Below are positions 1 to 13,484 of a stretch of 64,000 bases of DNA, piece by piece. The DNA is taken from the NCBI GenBank assembly GCA_016794595.1, contig JAEUJN010000054.1:24595-88594 (forward strand), read 5' to 3'. Positions within the stretch are counted from its first letter, which is position 1; every line of letters starts with the position of its first letter. Below the pieces are notes generated by a model that did no database searches, was not told the origin of the DNA, and saw only the letters and a program-made list of their open reading frames with translations. This DNA comes from Kineosporiaceae bacterium (GTDB taxonomy: Bacteria; Actinomycetota; Actinomycetes; Actinomycetales; Kineosporiaceae). The position numbers and the translations under genes were made by a program.

Positions 1-1244
1 GTCAGCAGTGGATCACCCCCGTCGGAGGTGCCCACTCCGCCGCGGACGGCGAGCAGCGCCGCACCGGCAGCAGTCGCCAGGGCGGTGCCGCCGACCGCTG
101 ACCACATCGGGCGGCCGCGCAGGGTCAGCCAGATCAGGACGCCACCGACCACGAGCAGCCCCAGCCCGAGGGGGGTCGCCGAGCGCAGCGCCTCGGCCAG
201 GGTCGGGCCCGCAGGCAGACCCGTCCGCACCCCGATGACCACGACCCCGGCAGCGCCGATCGCCACCCCGAGCAGGCCGCCCGCGATCGTCACCGAGCTC
301 ACCTCGACCGCGGACAGGCGCATCACCTGCCGGTTCCCGGCACCTCGCAGCCGCAGCGCGGCGATGAAGGCCACGTGGTCGTGCCGCACGGAGGCTCCGC
401 CGACCACCGCGGTGGCCAGCAGCAGCACCGCCATCGAGGACCCGAGCAGGCCGAACCGCTGGGTGGACAGCCGAGCCCGCCGATCCTGCTCGCGCACCAC
501 CTCGACCGGGGCCGTGACCACCAGTCCCTCACCGTCCCGCCACAGGTCCTCGGCCACGGCGGCGCCCTCCCGCACCCAGGCGTCCAGGCCGATCCTGCGG
601 ACCCGCTCGGCGTCCAGGGACGAGACCCACCCCGTGCTGCGTCCGAACGAGGACAGCGAGGAGAGGGCCGCGACCCGCTCGACGCCGTCCCCGATCAGCA
701 CCGGCACCCCCGGCCCGGGGTCGAACGTGCCGGAGAGCAGCAGGGGGTCGCGCCGCTCGACCCGGCCGACCACGACCAGGCCCAGCGCGGACGGCGGCGC
801 CGGGGCCCCGGCGAGAACGGCCACCTCGCATCGGGTGGGCGTGCAGGCGGCCGGCAACCGGCCGGACAGCACCCGGACGCCACCGGAGAGGTCGTCGGCG
901 CCGGCCAGGACGAACGAACCAGCCCCTGCCCCGCCCCCCTCGGCGATCTGGCGGAAGAGCATCTGTCGCCGGATCGTGGGCGCGGCGATCCGCGGGACGG
1001 CGGTGCGCACCATGCCGTCCAGCCGGGCCAGCTCCGCGCGGTCCAGGATCCCGTTGTAGGAGACGGTGACGCTGCGCTCGCCCGGCGGCAGGTCGGCGAG
1101 TTGGCGACGCAGCGCCGAGACCGCGGTCGCCGACCCGACCGCAGAGACCACGACCGGAATGGCGATCGCCACGGCAAGGCCCAGCACCACCGGCATCCAC
1201 CGCCGCCAGGTGTGGGCCAGGCGTGTGAGCGCCAGCCTAGACAT
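1..1244 (-). CDS. FtsX-like ABC transporter permease, 3' end outside the window
   Basis: Absent from the ORF track because no stop lies in the window. Manual minus-strand translation from the ATG at 1244 gives MSRLALTRLAHTWRRWMPVVLGLAVAIAIPVV... The product has an N-terminal TM helix, a long loop and a C-terminal TM bundle (VTIAGGLLGVAIGAAGVVVIGV, LGLGLLVVGGVLIWLTL). Third positions in this frame are G/C rich. Confidence 0.55.
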   Translation of the reverse strand, partial: MSRLALTRLAHTWRRWMPVVLGLAVAIAIPVVVSAVGSATAVSALRRQLADLPPGERSVTVSYNGILDRAELARLDGMVRTAVPRIAAPTIRRQMLFRQIAEGGGAGAGSFVLAGADDLSGGVRVLSGRLPAACTPTRCEVAVLAGAPAPPSALGLVVVGRVERRDPLLLSGTFDPGPGVPVLIGDGVERVAALSSLSSFGRSTGWVSSLDAERVRRIGLDAWVREGAAVAEDLWRDGEGLVVTAPVEVVREQDRRARLSTQRFGLLGSSMAVLLLATAVVGGASVRHDHVAFIAALRLRGAGNRQVMRLSAVEVSSVTIAGGLLGVAIGAAGVVVIGVRTGLPAGPTLAEALRSATPLGLGLLVVGGVLIWLTLRGRPMWSAVGGTALATAAGAALLAVRGGVGTSDGGDPLL

Positions 1245-1292
1245 AACCAGTAAAGTAGCATTCACCGGTTAGCTTGCCGGTAGCATCCGACC

Positions 1293-1904
1293 ATGAGTTC
1301 CCATCTGGTGGACGGCGTCCCGGTACCCGACCGGCTCGCCGGGCATCCCGGACTCGAGCTGTGCAACACGCGCGCCGGCTGGGGTTCGGCCTCGCCCCGG
1401 GAGTACCTCACCGACGATCACGCGCTGGCGGTCTGGGCGATGGACGTCGAACTCCTGCCGCCCGTGAGGCTCGAGGCGAGGCAGCTCGCAGCATCCGGTG
1501 ACCGGTTCGCCCGGCGGGCACGGCAACTGCGCGAGGCGCTCTACGCCTGTGTCCTGGGCCAGGGGACGACGTCGGCGTGGGACACGGTGGGCCGGGCCGC
1601 CGCCCGGGGTCGCGCCCACGCCGTCCTGCGCCCAGGGGCGGACGGCGAGGGTGCCGCGTGGCAGGTCGAGGCCTGCGCCGCCGAGGACGCCCTGACCGCC
1701 GTCGCCGAGGCCTCACTGCACGCCGCGGCCCTGGCCGCCGAGGACGTGCTGCGGTCACCGCTCGCAGTCGCCGTGAGCTCCTGCCCGGGCCAGGGCTGCG
1801 GCTGGGTGTTCGTCGACCCCCGGCGGCGCCGCCGCTGGTGCTCGATGGCGGTGTGCGGCAACCGATCCAAGGCCAGGCGTCACGCCCGGCGCAGGCTCGG
1901 CTGA
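1293..1904 (+). CDS. CGNR zinc-finger domain protein (ABATE + zf-CGNR)
   Basis: The C-terminus reads CPGQGCGWVFVDPRRRRRWCSMAVCGNRSKARRH, the CGNR zinc-finger signature. Confidence 0.85.
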   Translation: MSSHLVDGVPVPDRLAGHPGLELCNTRAGWGSASPREYLTDDHALAVWAMDVELLPPVRLEARQLAASGDRFARRARQLREALYACVLGQGTTSAWDTVGRAAARGRAHAVLRPGADGEGAAWQVEACAAEDALTAVAEASLHAAALAAEDVLRSPLAVAVSSCPGQGCGWVFVDPRRRRRWCSMAVCGNRSKARRHARRRLG

Positions 1905-1905
1905 G

Positions 1906-3297
1906 TCACTCCTCGCCGACCTCGATCACCCCCTCCTCCTCCATCCGCATGGTCAGTGGACGGCGGAGGAACTTCGTGATCCACAGCAGGACGAGGATGC
2001 CCGCCCCGAACCAGATGAAGCCGTAGTTGCGCGATTCCGCGGACAGGTTGGCCCACAGGATCAACGTGAACGCCACTCCGATCAGGGGAAGCACGATGTT
2101 CTCGAGGATGTGCTTGGGCGTGCCGAACTGCTTGTTCCGGTAGGCGAAGTACGCGATGACCGTCAGGTTGACGAAGGTGAAGGCAATCAGGGCGCCGAAG
2201 TTGATCAGCGACGCGATGAAGTCCAGGTTGAACGGAATGGCGCCCAGCGACACGACGCCGACGAAGACAATGGCGAACGCCGGGGTGCGGAAGGTCGGGT
2301 GAACCGACCCGAAGGAGCGCGAGATGGGCCCATTGCCGTTGCGTCCCATGACGTACAGCAGCCGGGCCACCGAGGCGTGCGAGGCCAGGCTCGAGGCCAT
2401 GGTGGCCGCGAAGGCCGCCGACGTCAGCAGGATCTTGAAGAACTCGCCGCCGACCTTGAACGCGATCTCCGGCAGGGCGCTGTTCTCCAGGGCGTCATCG
2501 GTGAACCCGTCGAGCGTCGGGAACAGGGACTGGGTGAACCAGGCGGCCACGAAGAAGATCGCACCACCGATCAGCAGCGCGAGCACGATCGCCTTCGGCA
2601 CGGTGTTCGCGTCCTTGGCCTCCTCGGTGTACATCGTGATCGCGTCGAACCCGATGAACGAGAAGCAGACGATCGTGGCCCCGGTGATCAGCAATCCGAG
2701 CTGGGCGTTGTCGTTCCACACCGGAGCCGTCGAGAACAGCGTGCCGTTGCCGTCCCCACCCCAGATCGCCCGCGCCGCGAGGACCAGGAAGACCGCGATC
2801 AGGACGACCTCGAAGACCACCAGCAGGGCGTTCACCTTCGAGGTGTTGGACATGCTGACCATGACCATCGTGGTGACCACCGCGACATAGACCACGACCC
2901 AGATCCACGGCGGGACATTCGGGAAGAAGGACTCCATGTAGCTGCGGATGATCAGGGCGTTCACCAAGGGCAGCAACAGGTAGTCGAGCAGCGAGGACCA
3001 CCCGATGAGGAAGCCGACATTGGGGCTCATCGTCTCGGACGTGTAGGTGTACGCCGATCCTGCCGAGGGGAAGACCCGGGTCATCCGGCCGTAGCTGATC
3101 GCCGTGAAGACCATGGCCAGCAACGCGAGCAGATAGGCGGTCGGGACCAGACCGTTGGTCTCCTCCGACACGATGCCGAAGGTGTCGAAGATGACCGTGG
3201 GGGTCATGTAGCCCAAGCCCAGGAACACGATTGCCCACAGACCGAGCGATCGCGACAGATGAGCGGATTGGTGCGATTCGGTCGTGTTCTGCGACAT
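1906..3297 (-). CDS. APC-family amino acid/polyamine permease
   Basis: About 12 TM helices with APC-like motifs (GLGYMTP, SAGSAYTY, FIGFDAITMYTEEAK). I start at the internal ATG 3297 (MSQNTTESH) rather than the track start 3363. Confidence 0.85.
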   Translation of the reverse strand: MSQNTTESHQSAHLSRSLGLWAIVFLGLGYMTPTVIFDTFGIVSEETNGLVPTAYLLALLAMVFTAISYGRMTRVFPSAGSAYTYTSETMSPNVGFLIGWSSLLDYLLLPLVNALIIRSYMESFFPNVPPWIWVVVYVAVVTTMVMVSMSNTSKVNALLVVFEVVLIAVFLVLAARAIWGGDGNGTLFSTAPVWNDNAQLGLLITGATIVCFSFIGFDAITMYTEEAKDANTVPKAIVLALLIGGAIFFVAAWFTQSLFPTLDGFTDDALENSALPEIAFKVGGEFFKILLTSAAFAATMASSLASHASVARLLYVMGRNGNGPISRSFGSVHPTFRTPAFAIVFVGVVSLGAIPFNLDFIASLINFGALIAFTFVNLTVIAYFAYRNKQFGTPKHILENIVLPLIGVAFTLILWANLSAESRNYGFIWFGAGILVLLWITKFLRRPLTMRMEEEGVIEVGEE

Positions 3298-3573
3298 GGT
3301 GGGCCCCTTCCTGTGGGGCCGGCGGCAGGCGGATCGAGGCACCCCGGCCACCGGCTGTCGCAAGGTAGCAGTTCGCAGTCAGGACTGGGCAGACCTCGAT
3401 TCCGGTTCCCCCGAAGGCACGCACGGTCACAAACTCAGGCATTCGGCCGCTCTGGCCGGTCACGGCTGGTGCCCGACGGGATCTCAGGCCTACCGTGTCA
3501 GGTCTCAGGCGCGAACCCTCTGCCCGGACCGGACCCGAGGGATGCGCCGCCGACTCGGCCCGAGGAGGCCCCC

Positions 3574-4458
3574 GTGCGATACGTCGTCGGCTATGTGCCG
3601 AATCACCGTGGAATCGATGCGGTGAAGCTGGCCGCGACCTTGGCCGCCGACCAGGCAGCCACGCTGGACATCGTCGTCGTGCTGCCGGTCGAACGGGTCA
3701 CCTTCGACATGTACTCCCCCGATCGCGCGTACTACACCCAGCTGGACAAGCAGGGCCACGAGTGGCTCGAGGAGGCGATGAGTCACGTCCCCGACGGCGT
3801 CACGGCGACCGGCCGGGTACTCAACGCCGAGACCATCACCGAGGGCCTGATCGAGGCCGCCACCGACCCGGAATTCGGGCCCGAGGCCGGCCTGATCGTG
3901 ATCGGTGCTGCCGGGCACGGGCTCGGCGGTCGGTTCACCGTCGGCAGCATCGCCGGGGCGCTGTTGCACTCCTCGCCCGTTCCGGTAGGTCTGGCTCCCG
4001 CCGACTACGAGGGGCACCCGTCCATCACCCGGATCACCTGCGCCACCGGCACCCGGGAGGGCGCCGAGGCCCTGCTCGAGGTCGCCGTCGACTCGGCCGC
4101 CCGTCGCCACGTGCCGCTGCGCCTGATGTCGTTGGTCGCCGTCGGCGGCGGATCGCAGGACGAGCACCGGGCCCGGATCGGGGCCGCTGAGCAACACGCC
4201 GTCCTGCTGGTCGAGAAGGCGAGCGCCGCTCTGCCCGAGGAGGTCCCGGTCACCAGCGTGGTCGGCCAGGGCCACTCGCTCGAGGAGTGCGTGAGCTCAC
4301 TCGACTTCGCCGACAGCGAGATCGTGCTGGTCGGTTCGAGCCGGCTGGCCGGGCCCCGGCGGCTGTTCCTCGGCGCGTCGGCGAACAAGATGCTGCGCGC
4401 CCTTCCGGTGCCCATGATCGTGGTCCCGCGCGACTACGACCCACCAACCCCCTCGTGA
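3574..4458 (+). CDS. Universal stress protein, tandem USP domains
   Basis: Only the last 295 codons of track ORF 2110..4458 look real. GTG at 3574 is preceded by GAGGAGG. USP-like ends are LIVIGAAGHGLGGRFTVGSIAGALLHSSPVPV and IVLVGSSRLAGPRRLFLGASANKMLRALPVPMIVVP. Confidence 0.8.
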   Translation: MRYVVGYVPNHRGIDAVKLAATLAADQAATLDIVVVLPVERVTFDMYSPDRAYYTQLDKQGHEWLEEAMSHVPDGVTATGRVLNAETITEGLIEAATDPEFGPEAGLIVIGAAGHGLGGRFTVGSIAGALLHSSPVPVGLAPADYEGHPSITRITCATGTREGAEALLEVAVDSAARRHVPLRLMSLVAVGGGSQDEHRARIGAAEQHAVLLVEKASAALPEEVPVTSVVGQGHSLEECVSSLDFADSEIVLVGSSRLAGPRRLFLGASANKMLRALPVPMIVVPRDYDPPTPS

Positions 4459-4490
4459 TCATGCACTTTCGACTGTTCGAAAGTGCATGA

Positions 4491-4493
<3 letters not shown>
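4456..4493. terminator. Bidirectional hairpin between the convergent usp and clpB genes
   Basis: Perfect 17-bp stem TGATCATGCACTTTCGA / TCGAAAGTGCATGATCA with a 4-nt loop. The arms contain the stop codons of both genes, and the region is locally AT-richer than its surroundings. Confidence 0.7.
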
Positions 4494-7160
<2,667 letters not shown>

Positions 7161-7226
7161 GGGGTGAGTGTCCTCCGAAGTGCGGCGTGTGCGATCGGAT
7201 GCCTACCGAGAGCAACACCCTCAGAG

Positions 7227-7245
7227 TTGAGTCTGTTCCACTCAA
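7227..7245. promoter_or_regulatory. HAIR (HspR operator) upstream of clpB
   Basis: TTGAGT-N7-ACTCAA perfect inverted repeat, 67-85 bp upstream of the clpB ATG. It matches the CTTGAGT-N7-ACTCAAG HspR-associated inverted repeat consensus. Confidence 0.8.
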
Positions 7246-7263
7246 TTCTAGCCCCCACCTGCG

Positions 7264-7369
7264 CCAACCCGCTCATGCTCCGCAGGTGACGAGGTTGACG
7301 GGCACAGTGTCCGCTTTGTCGCACCCTGAGGGAGCATGACCGGACGGCTGGGGAGCATGAGCGGGTTGG
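7264..7369. repeat. Copy A of a ~105-bp palindromic intergenic element
   Basis: Terminal inverted repeats are CCAACCCGCTCATGCTCC and GGAGCATGAGCGGGTTGG. An extra GGAGCATGA unit lies 21 bp inside the right arm. Related copies are at 13485..13589 and 48471..48580. Confidence 0.75.
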
Positions 7370-7544
7370 GGGGCGGGTTGGGGGCGGTGGTCACTCATGC
7401 TCACCGGTCGCCGCGCCGACGGGACCTGTGACCCACCATGGGTATGACAACGGTGTCATGATGGGCCCGAGCGGCCACGACGACGCCGTCGGCCGCCGGG
7501 CCCCGCCGCCCTCGTCGCACCACCCTCAGGAAGCTCTGGTCCCC

Positions 7545-9134
7545 GTGCTCACCGCACTCGAGTTCCTCGCCCGTCAACCCCTCGTCCTGCTGTTCGTCCT
7601 GTTCGCTCTCGGCTCGGCCCTCGGCGTCGTCCGGGTGGCCGGGGTCGCTGTCGGCCCAGCAGCCGTGCTCTTCACCGCCATCGCCCTGGGGTCGGTCGCG
7701 GCCGCCCACGGCGTCACGCTGGCGATCCCCGAGACGATCGGCACCCTCGGCCTGGTGCTGTTCACCTACACCGTGGGGGTGATCAGCGGGCCCACGTTCT
7801 TCGCCGCCCTGCGGACGGGATGGGCCCCGATCGTCACCGTGACCAGCCTGCTGGCCCTGGGGGCAGCCCTGTCCGCTGCCGTCGGGCTCGCTCTCGGTCT
7901 ACCGGTGGCCACCGTCGCCGGCACCTTCGCGGGGGCACTGACCAACACCCCTGCACTGGCCGCCGCCACCGAGCGATCGGGCGACGCCGCGGCCACCACC
8001 GTGGGCTACTCGATCAGTTACCTGTGGGGGGTGGCCGGCATGCTGATCGCCACCGCCTGGACGCTGCGCCACCGGACGGCAGCGGTCAGCGCCCCGAGCA
8101 CCCTGACCAATCTGACCGTGCGGGTCGAGCGCACCGACCGCCCCAGGGTGAGCGAGGTGGTCGAGCGCTTCGGTGGCGCCGTGGTGTTCTCCCGAGTGCG
8201 CCACGGCGAGACCAGCCCGATCCTGCTCGCCGAGGACGACGAGCGGCTCGAGCACGATGACCTGGTCTCGATCGTCGGCCCGAGCCAGGCCGTGACGCGC
8301 GTCGCCATGGAGCTGGGGCACCCCTCCTCGCACGACATCATCGGCAACCGGCAGGATCTGGACTCACGGCGGATCACGCTGTCCAACCGCGCCCTGGCCG
8401 GGCGGACCCTCGCCGAGCTGGAGTTGAGCGAGAGGTTCGGCGCGGCCGTCTCGCGCGTCCGCCGGGCCGACCAGGACATGGTCGCTGCCGACGACCTCGT
8501 CCTGCAGCCCGGGGACCGGCTGCGCGTGGTCGTACCCACCCCGCGGATGCGCGAGCTCGCCCGGTACCTCGGCGACTCAGAGCGCGGGCTGTCGGACATC
8601 AACCCGGTCGGGCTCGCCCTGGGACTCACCCTCGGCGTGCTCCTGGGGATGCTCCACATCCCGCTGCCCGGTGGAGGTTTCGCGATCGGCGCTGCCGGCG
8701 GAACCCTGATCATGGGGCTGGTCTTCGGCCGACTGGGACGCGTGGGCCCGCTGGTCACCACCCTCAGCCACTCCGCCGCATCGGCCCTGTCGAACTTCGG
8801 CATGCTCGCGTTCCTGGCCTATGCCGGGATGCGCGCCGGGGGATCGTTCACCTCGGCGGTGACCTCGAGTCTCGGCTGGCGGATCGCCGTGGTGGGCGCA
8901 GTGGTCACCACCGTGGTCGCGGTCACCCTGGTGATCGTCGGCCGCCTGGTGCACCGGGTCGACGCCGAGAAGGTCGCCGGCATCCTGGCCGGTGCCCAGA
9001 CCCAGCCTGCGGTGCTCGCCTTCGCCAACGAGAGAGCCGCCTTCGACAACCGGGTGGCGATCGGCTACGCCCTGGTCTACCCCGCCGCGATGATCGTCAA
9101 GATCCTGCTGGCCCAGATCCTTGCCGGCCTCTGA
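7545..9134 (+). CDS. AAE (YidE/YbjL/AspT-like) family transporter with two central RCK_C/TrkA_C domains
   Basis: Two homologous TM halves flank two soluble repeats (VRHGETSPILLAEDDERLEHDDLVSIVG and VRRADQDMVAADDLVLQPGDRLRVVV). The start is uncertain: GTG 7545 is chosen, and the track ORF begins at 7428. Confidence 0.8.
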   Translation: MLTALEFLARQPLVLLFVLFALGSALGVVRVAGVAVGPAAVLFTAIALGSVAAAHGVTLAIPETIGTLGLVLFTYTVGVISGPTFFAALRTGWAPIVTVTSLLALGAALSAAVGLALGLPVATVAGTFAGALTNTPALAAATERSGDAAATTVGYSISYLWGVAGMLIATAWTLRHRTAAVSAPSTLTNLTVRVERTDRPRVSEVVERFGGAVVFSRVRHGETSPILLAEDDERLEHDDLVSIVGPSQAVTRVAMELGHPSSHDIIGNRQDLDSRRITLSNRALAGRTLAELELSERFGAAVSRVRRADQDMVAADDLVLQPGDRLRVVVPTPRMRELARYLGDSERGLSDINPVGLALGLTLGVLLGMLHIPLPGGGFAIGAAGGTLIMGLVFGRLGRVGPLVTTLSHSAASALSNFGMLAFLAYAGMRAGGSFTSAVTSSLGWRIAVVGAVVTTVVAVTLVIVGRLVHRVDAEKVAGILAGAQTQPAVLAFANERAAFDNRVAIGYALVYPAAMIVKILLAQILAGL

Positions 9135-9142
9135 GCACCGCC

Positions 9143-9607
9143 TCAGCCGCTGCGGCGCTCACCGCGAGGGCGCCAGACCACCAGAGCCGTCCCGGCCGAC
9201 TCCCGGGTGGGGCGTCGTCCGGGAGCCATGGCGACGATGTCACCCGCGGGGCCGGCCGCGAACACCCGGCGCCGCTGCACGAGTTGGAGCCGCAGCTCCT
9301 CGAGCTCGACCAAGGCCTCCGAGAGCCGCTGCCGCAGAAGATCGTTGGCGTTCTCCAGCTCCAGGATGCGCTTGATCCCGGCGAGGTTGACGCCCTCCTC
9401 CTGTGACAGCCGTTGCACCTCGCGCAGCACGGCGACGTCCCGCGCCGAGTAGCGGCGACCCCGACCGGCGGCCCGGCCCGGGGTGACCAGGCCGAGCCGG
9501 TCGTACTGTCTGAGGGTCTGCGGGTGCATGCCGGCGAGCTGAGCGGCGACCGAGATGACGAACACCGGGGTGTTCTCGTCGACGGTGAGTTCGAACTCCA
9601 TCGCCAT
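9143..9607 (-). CDS. hspR: MerR-family heat-shock repressor HspR
   Basis: MerR helix-turn-helix (VFVISVAAQLAGMHPQTLRQYDRLGLVTPGR) and last-gene position in the dnaK operon. Confidence 0.9.
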   Translation of the reverse strand: MAMEFELTVDENTPVFVISVAAQLAGMHPQTLRQYDRLGLVTPGRAAGRGRRYSARDVAVLREVQRLSQEEGVNLAGIKRILELENANDLLRQRLSEALVELEELRLQLVQRRRVFAAGPAGDIVAMAPGRRPTRESAGTALVVWRPRGERRSG

Positions 9608-9611
9608 CGCC

Positions 9612-10658
9612 TCAACCGGCCTGTTGCGCCCGCGCGATCAGGTCGGCCCGGGGGTTCTCGCCCTTGGTGGCCCGTTCGAAGGCGTCCAGGGCATCCCGGG
9701 CGGCACCGTCCACCCGCTGCGGGACGACGACCTGGAGCGTCACCAGCAGGTCGCCGGTACGCCGAGATCCCTTGAGCCCGTGCCCTTTGGCCCGCAGGGT
9801 GCGACCGCTGGGCGTACCCGGCGGGATCTTCATCCGCACCGTGCTCCCGTCGACCACCGGGACCTCGATCTGGGCCCCGAACACTGCCTCGGTGAAGGTG
9901 ACCGGCACGGTGATCCGCACGTTCTCGCCGTCCAGGGTGAACAGGGGGTGCGGCTCGACGTGCACGGTGACCACCAGATCGCCGTCCTCGGCCCCGGGAT
10001 CGCCCGGGCGCCCCTTGCCGCGCAGCCGGACCTTCTGCCCCTCGCGCACCCCGGCCGGGATCCGCGCCGTGATGGTCCGGGCACCGTTGCGGGGATCGTC
10101 GACCCGCAGGTTGAGCTGCGCGCCGTCCACCGCCTGCCGGAAGCTCAGGTTCACCTCGGCACTCAGATCGGCGCCGCGCTGCGGACCCCGAGATGAGCGA
10201 TAGGCTCCCGGGCCGCCGCCCGGCGCCCCCCCACCGCCGAAGATCCCCCCGAACAGGTCGTCCAGGTCGAACTGTGCTCCCCCGGGCGAACCCTGGGTGG
10301 TGAACCGGACGTTGCCCGGCCGACCCCCAGCGCCCTGGCCGAACAACCCCCCCAACAGGTCCTCGAAACCACCCGCCGCCCCCGGGCCGCCGGCACCGCC
10401 GGCCGAGAACCTGGCCCCGCCGTGCGTCATCGCCCGGACGGCGTCGTACTGCTGCCGTTGCTCGGGGTCGGACAGCACCGCGTAGGCCTCGCCGATCTCC
10501 TTGAACTTCTTCTCCGACGCGGCGTCGCCGGCATTGGCGTCGGGGTGATGGGTCCTGGCCAGCTTGCGATAGGCCTTCTTGATCTCGTCCTGCTCGGCGG
10601 TGTTGGGCACCCCGAGCGTGGCGTAGAAGTCCTTCTCGAACCAATCCTGACTAGCCAC
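9612..10658 (-). CDS. dnaJ: J-domain co-chaperone (DnaJ/CbpA class II, no zinc-finger region)
   Basis: J domain with HPD (YRKLARTHHPDAN), a G/F-rich linker and C-terminal substrate-binding domains. The protein contains no Cys at all, so the CxxCxGxG repeats are absent. Confidence 0.9.
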   Translation of the reverse strand: MASQDWFEKDFYATLGVPNTAEQDEIKKAYRKLARTHHPDANAGDAASEKKFKEIGEAYAVLSDPEQRQQYDAVRAMTHGGARFSAGGAGGPGAAGGFEDLLGGLFGQGAGGRPGNVRFTTQGSPGGAQFDLDDLFGGIFGGGGAPGGGPGAYRSSRGPQRGADLSAEVNLSFRQAVDGAQLNLRVDDPRNGARTITARIPAGVREGQKVRLRGKGRPGDPGAEDGDLVVTVHVEPHPLFTLDGENVRITVPVTFTEAVFGAQIEVPVVDGSTVRMKIPPGTPSGRTLRAKGHGLKGSRRTGDLLVTLQVVVPQRVDGAARDALDAFERATKGENPRADLIARAQQAG

Positions 10659-10690
10659 AGGGCACCCCTGCTCTCATCCTCGCTCGCCCG

Positions 10691-11385
10691 TCAGCTGATC
10701 GGATCAGCGACGGCGACCCGGGCGGCACGCAGCACGCGCTCGCCCATGCGATAGCCGGGCTGGAGCACCTGAACCACGGTGGTGGCTGTGGTGCCCTCGG
10801 CCAGCTCCGCCTGGGTGTGCATCAGCGCCTCGTGCACGGTCGGGTCGAACTCCTCACCGGGCTCGCCGTAGCGGGCCAGGCCGAACTTGCCGAGGGTGGC
10901 CTCGAGCTTGTCGGCGATGGCTGCGAACGGCCCGGACTCCAGGTCACCGTGACGGCGGGCCAGGTGCAGGTCGTCCATCACCGGGAGCAGCGCCTCGAGC
11001 AGGCCCGCCACCGCCTGATCGCGGGCGACGTCCCGATCGCGGTCGACGCGCTTGCGGTAGTTGACGTACTCCGCGTTGAGCCGCTGCAGATCACCGAGAA
11101 GCTCCTCGGCGACCCGTTTGGCCTCGGTCAACTCGACCGAGACCTCTTCTGCGGTGCCGCTTCCGGGTCCGGTCAGCGGTTCGTCGCCGCCGACGGTCAC
11201 CCCCTCGGACGGCGCGGACGCGGCATAGGCCTCGCGCACCTTGCCGGTCTGCGGGTCCAGCCGGCGCCGGTCGCGGACGACGGGGCCCTGGTGGGCCTCG
11301 CCGTCCGCGCCACCGTCGGAGTGATGATGGCTGTTGGCGGCACCGCCCAGCCCGCTGTCGCGCGGTGTGCTGGTCGGTTCGGTCA

Positions 11386-11389
<4 letters not shown>
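10691..11389 (-). CDS. grpE: Nucleotide exchange factor GrpE
   Basis: GrpE core ([11 protein letters not shown] ... [11 protein letters not shown] ... [18 protein letters not shown]). The start overlaps the dnaK stop (GTGA). Confidence 0.93.
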
Positions 11390-13278
<1,889 letters not shown>

Positions 13279-13354
13279 GTTCGTGATCCCTCTCTCGGTG
13301 ATCTGTGTCGTGACTGCTCGGGCCTCGCACGGCAGCCGGACGGCGACCGCAGAG

Positions 13355-13373
13355 TTGAGTTGCCTGGGCTCAG
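13355..13373. promoter_or_regulatory. Degenerate HAIR-like repeat upstream of dnaK
   Basis: TTGAGT-N7-GCTCAG. One half-site is perfect and the other has 4 of 6 matches. Confidence 0.4.
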
Positions 13374-13417
13374 CTTCCGCGCGGCGTCCGGTCGTGTCAA
13401 CTCGAGACTACGAGAAG

Positions 13418-13436
13418 TTGAGTCCACCCCACTCAA
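13418..13436. promoter_or_regulatory. HAIR (HspR operator) upstream of dnaK
   Basis: TTGAGT-CCACCCC-ACTCAA perfect inverted repeat, 140-158 bp upstream of the dnaK ATG. Confidence 0.8.
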
Positions 13437-13484
13437 CCAGCGCACGGCGTCCGGTGTTCCCCGCCCGACGACGGCCCACCCCCA

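Noticed and set aside
8-1261. Several listed ORFs (28..1059 +, 375..1253 +, 529..1200 -, 695..1261 -)
   Set aside because: All translate to Pro/Arg/Gly-rich junk. The only frame giving TM helices and a sensible protein is the unlisted minus-strand frame starting at 1244 (the FtsX-like permease).
2110-3573. N-terminal 488 codons of the 782-aa ORF 2110..4458
   Set aside because: This part is antisense to the APC permease and highly charged junk. Only the part from GTG 3574 (tandem USP) is credible.
3298-3573. 276-bp divergent region upstream of the APC permease, checked for a riboswitch or leader
   Set aside because: A long-range pairing (ATCGAGG ... CCTCGAT) exists, but I could not match the region to any riboswitch class I know (glycine, lysine, SAM, TPP). 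The evidence is insufficient.
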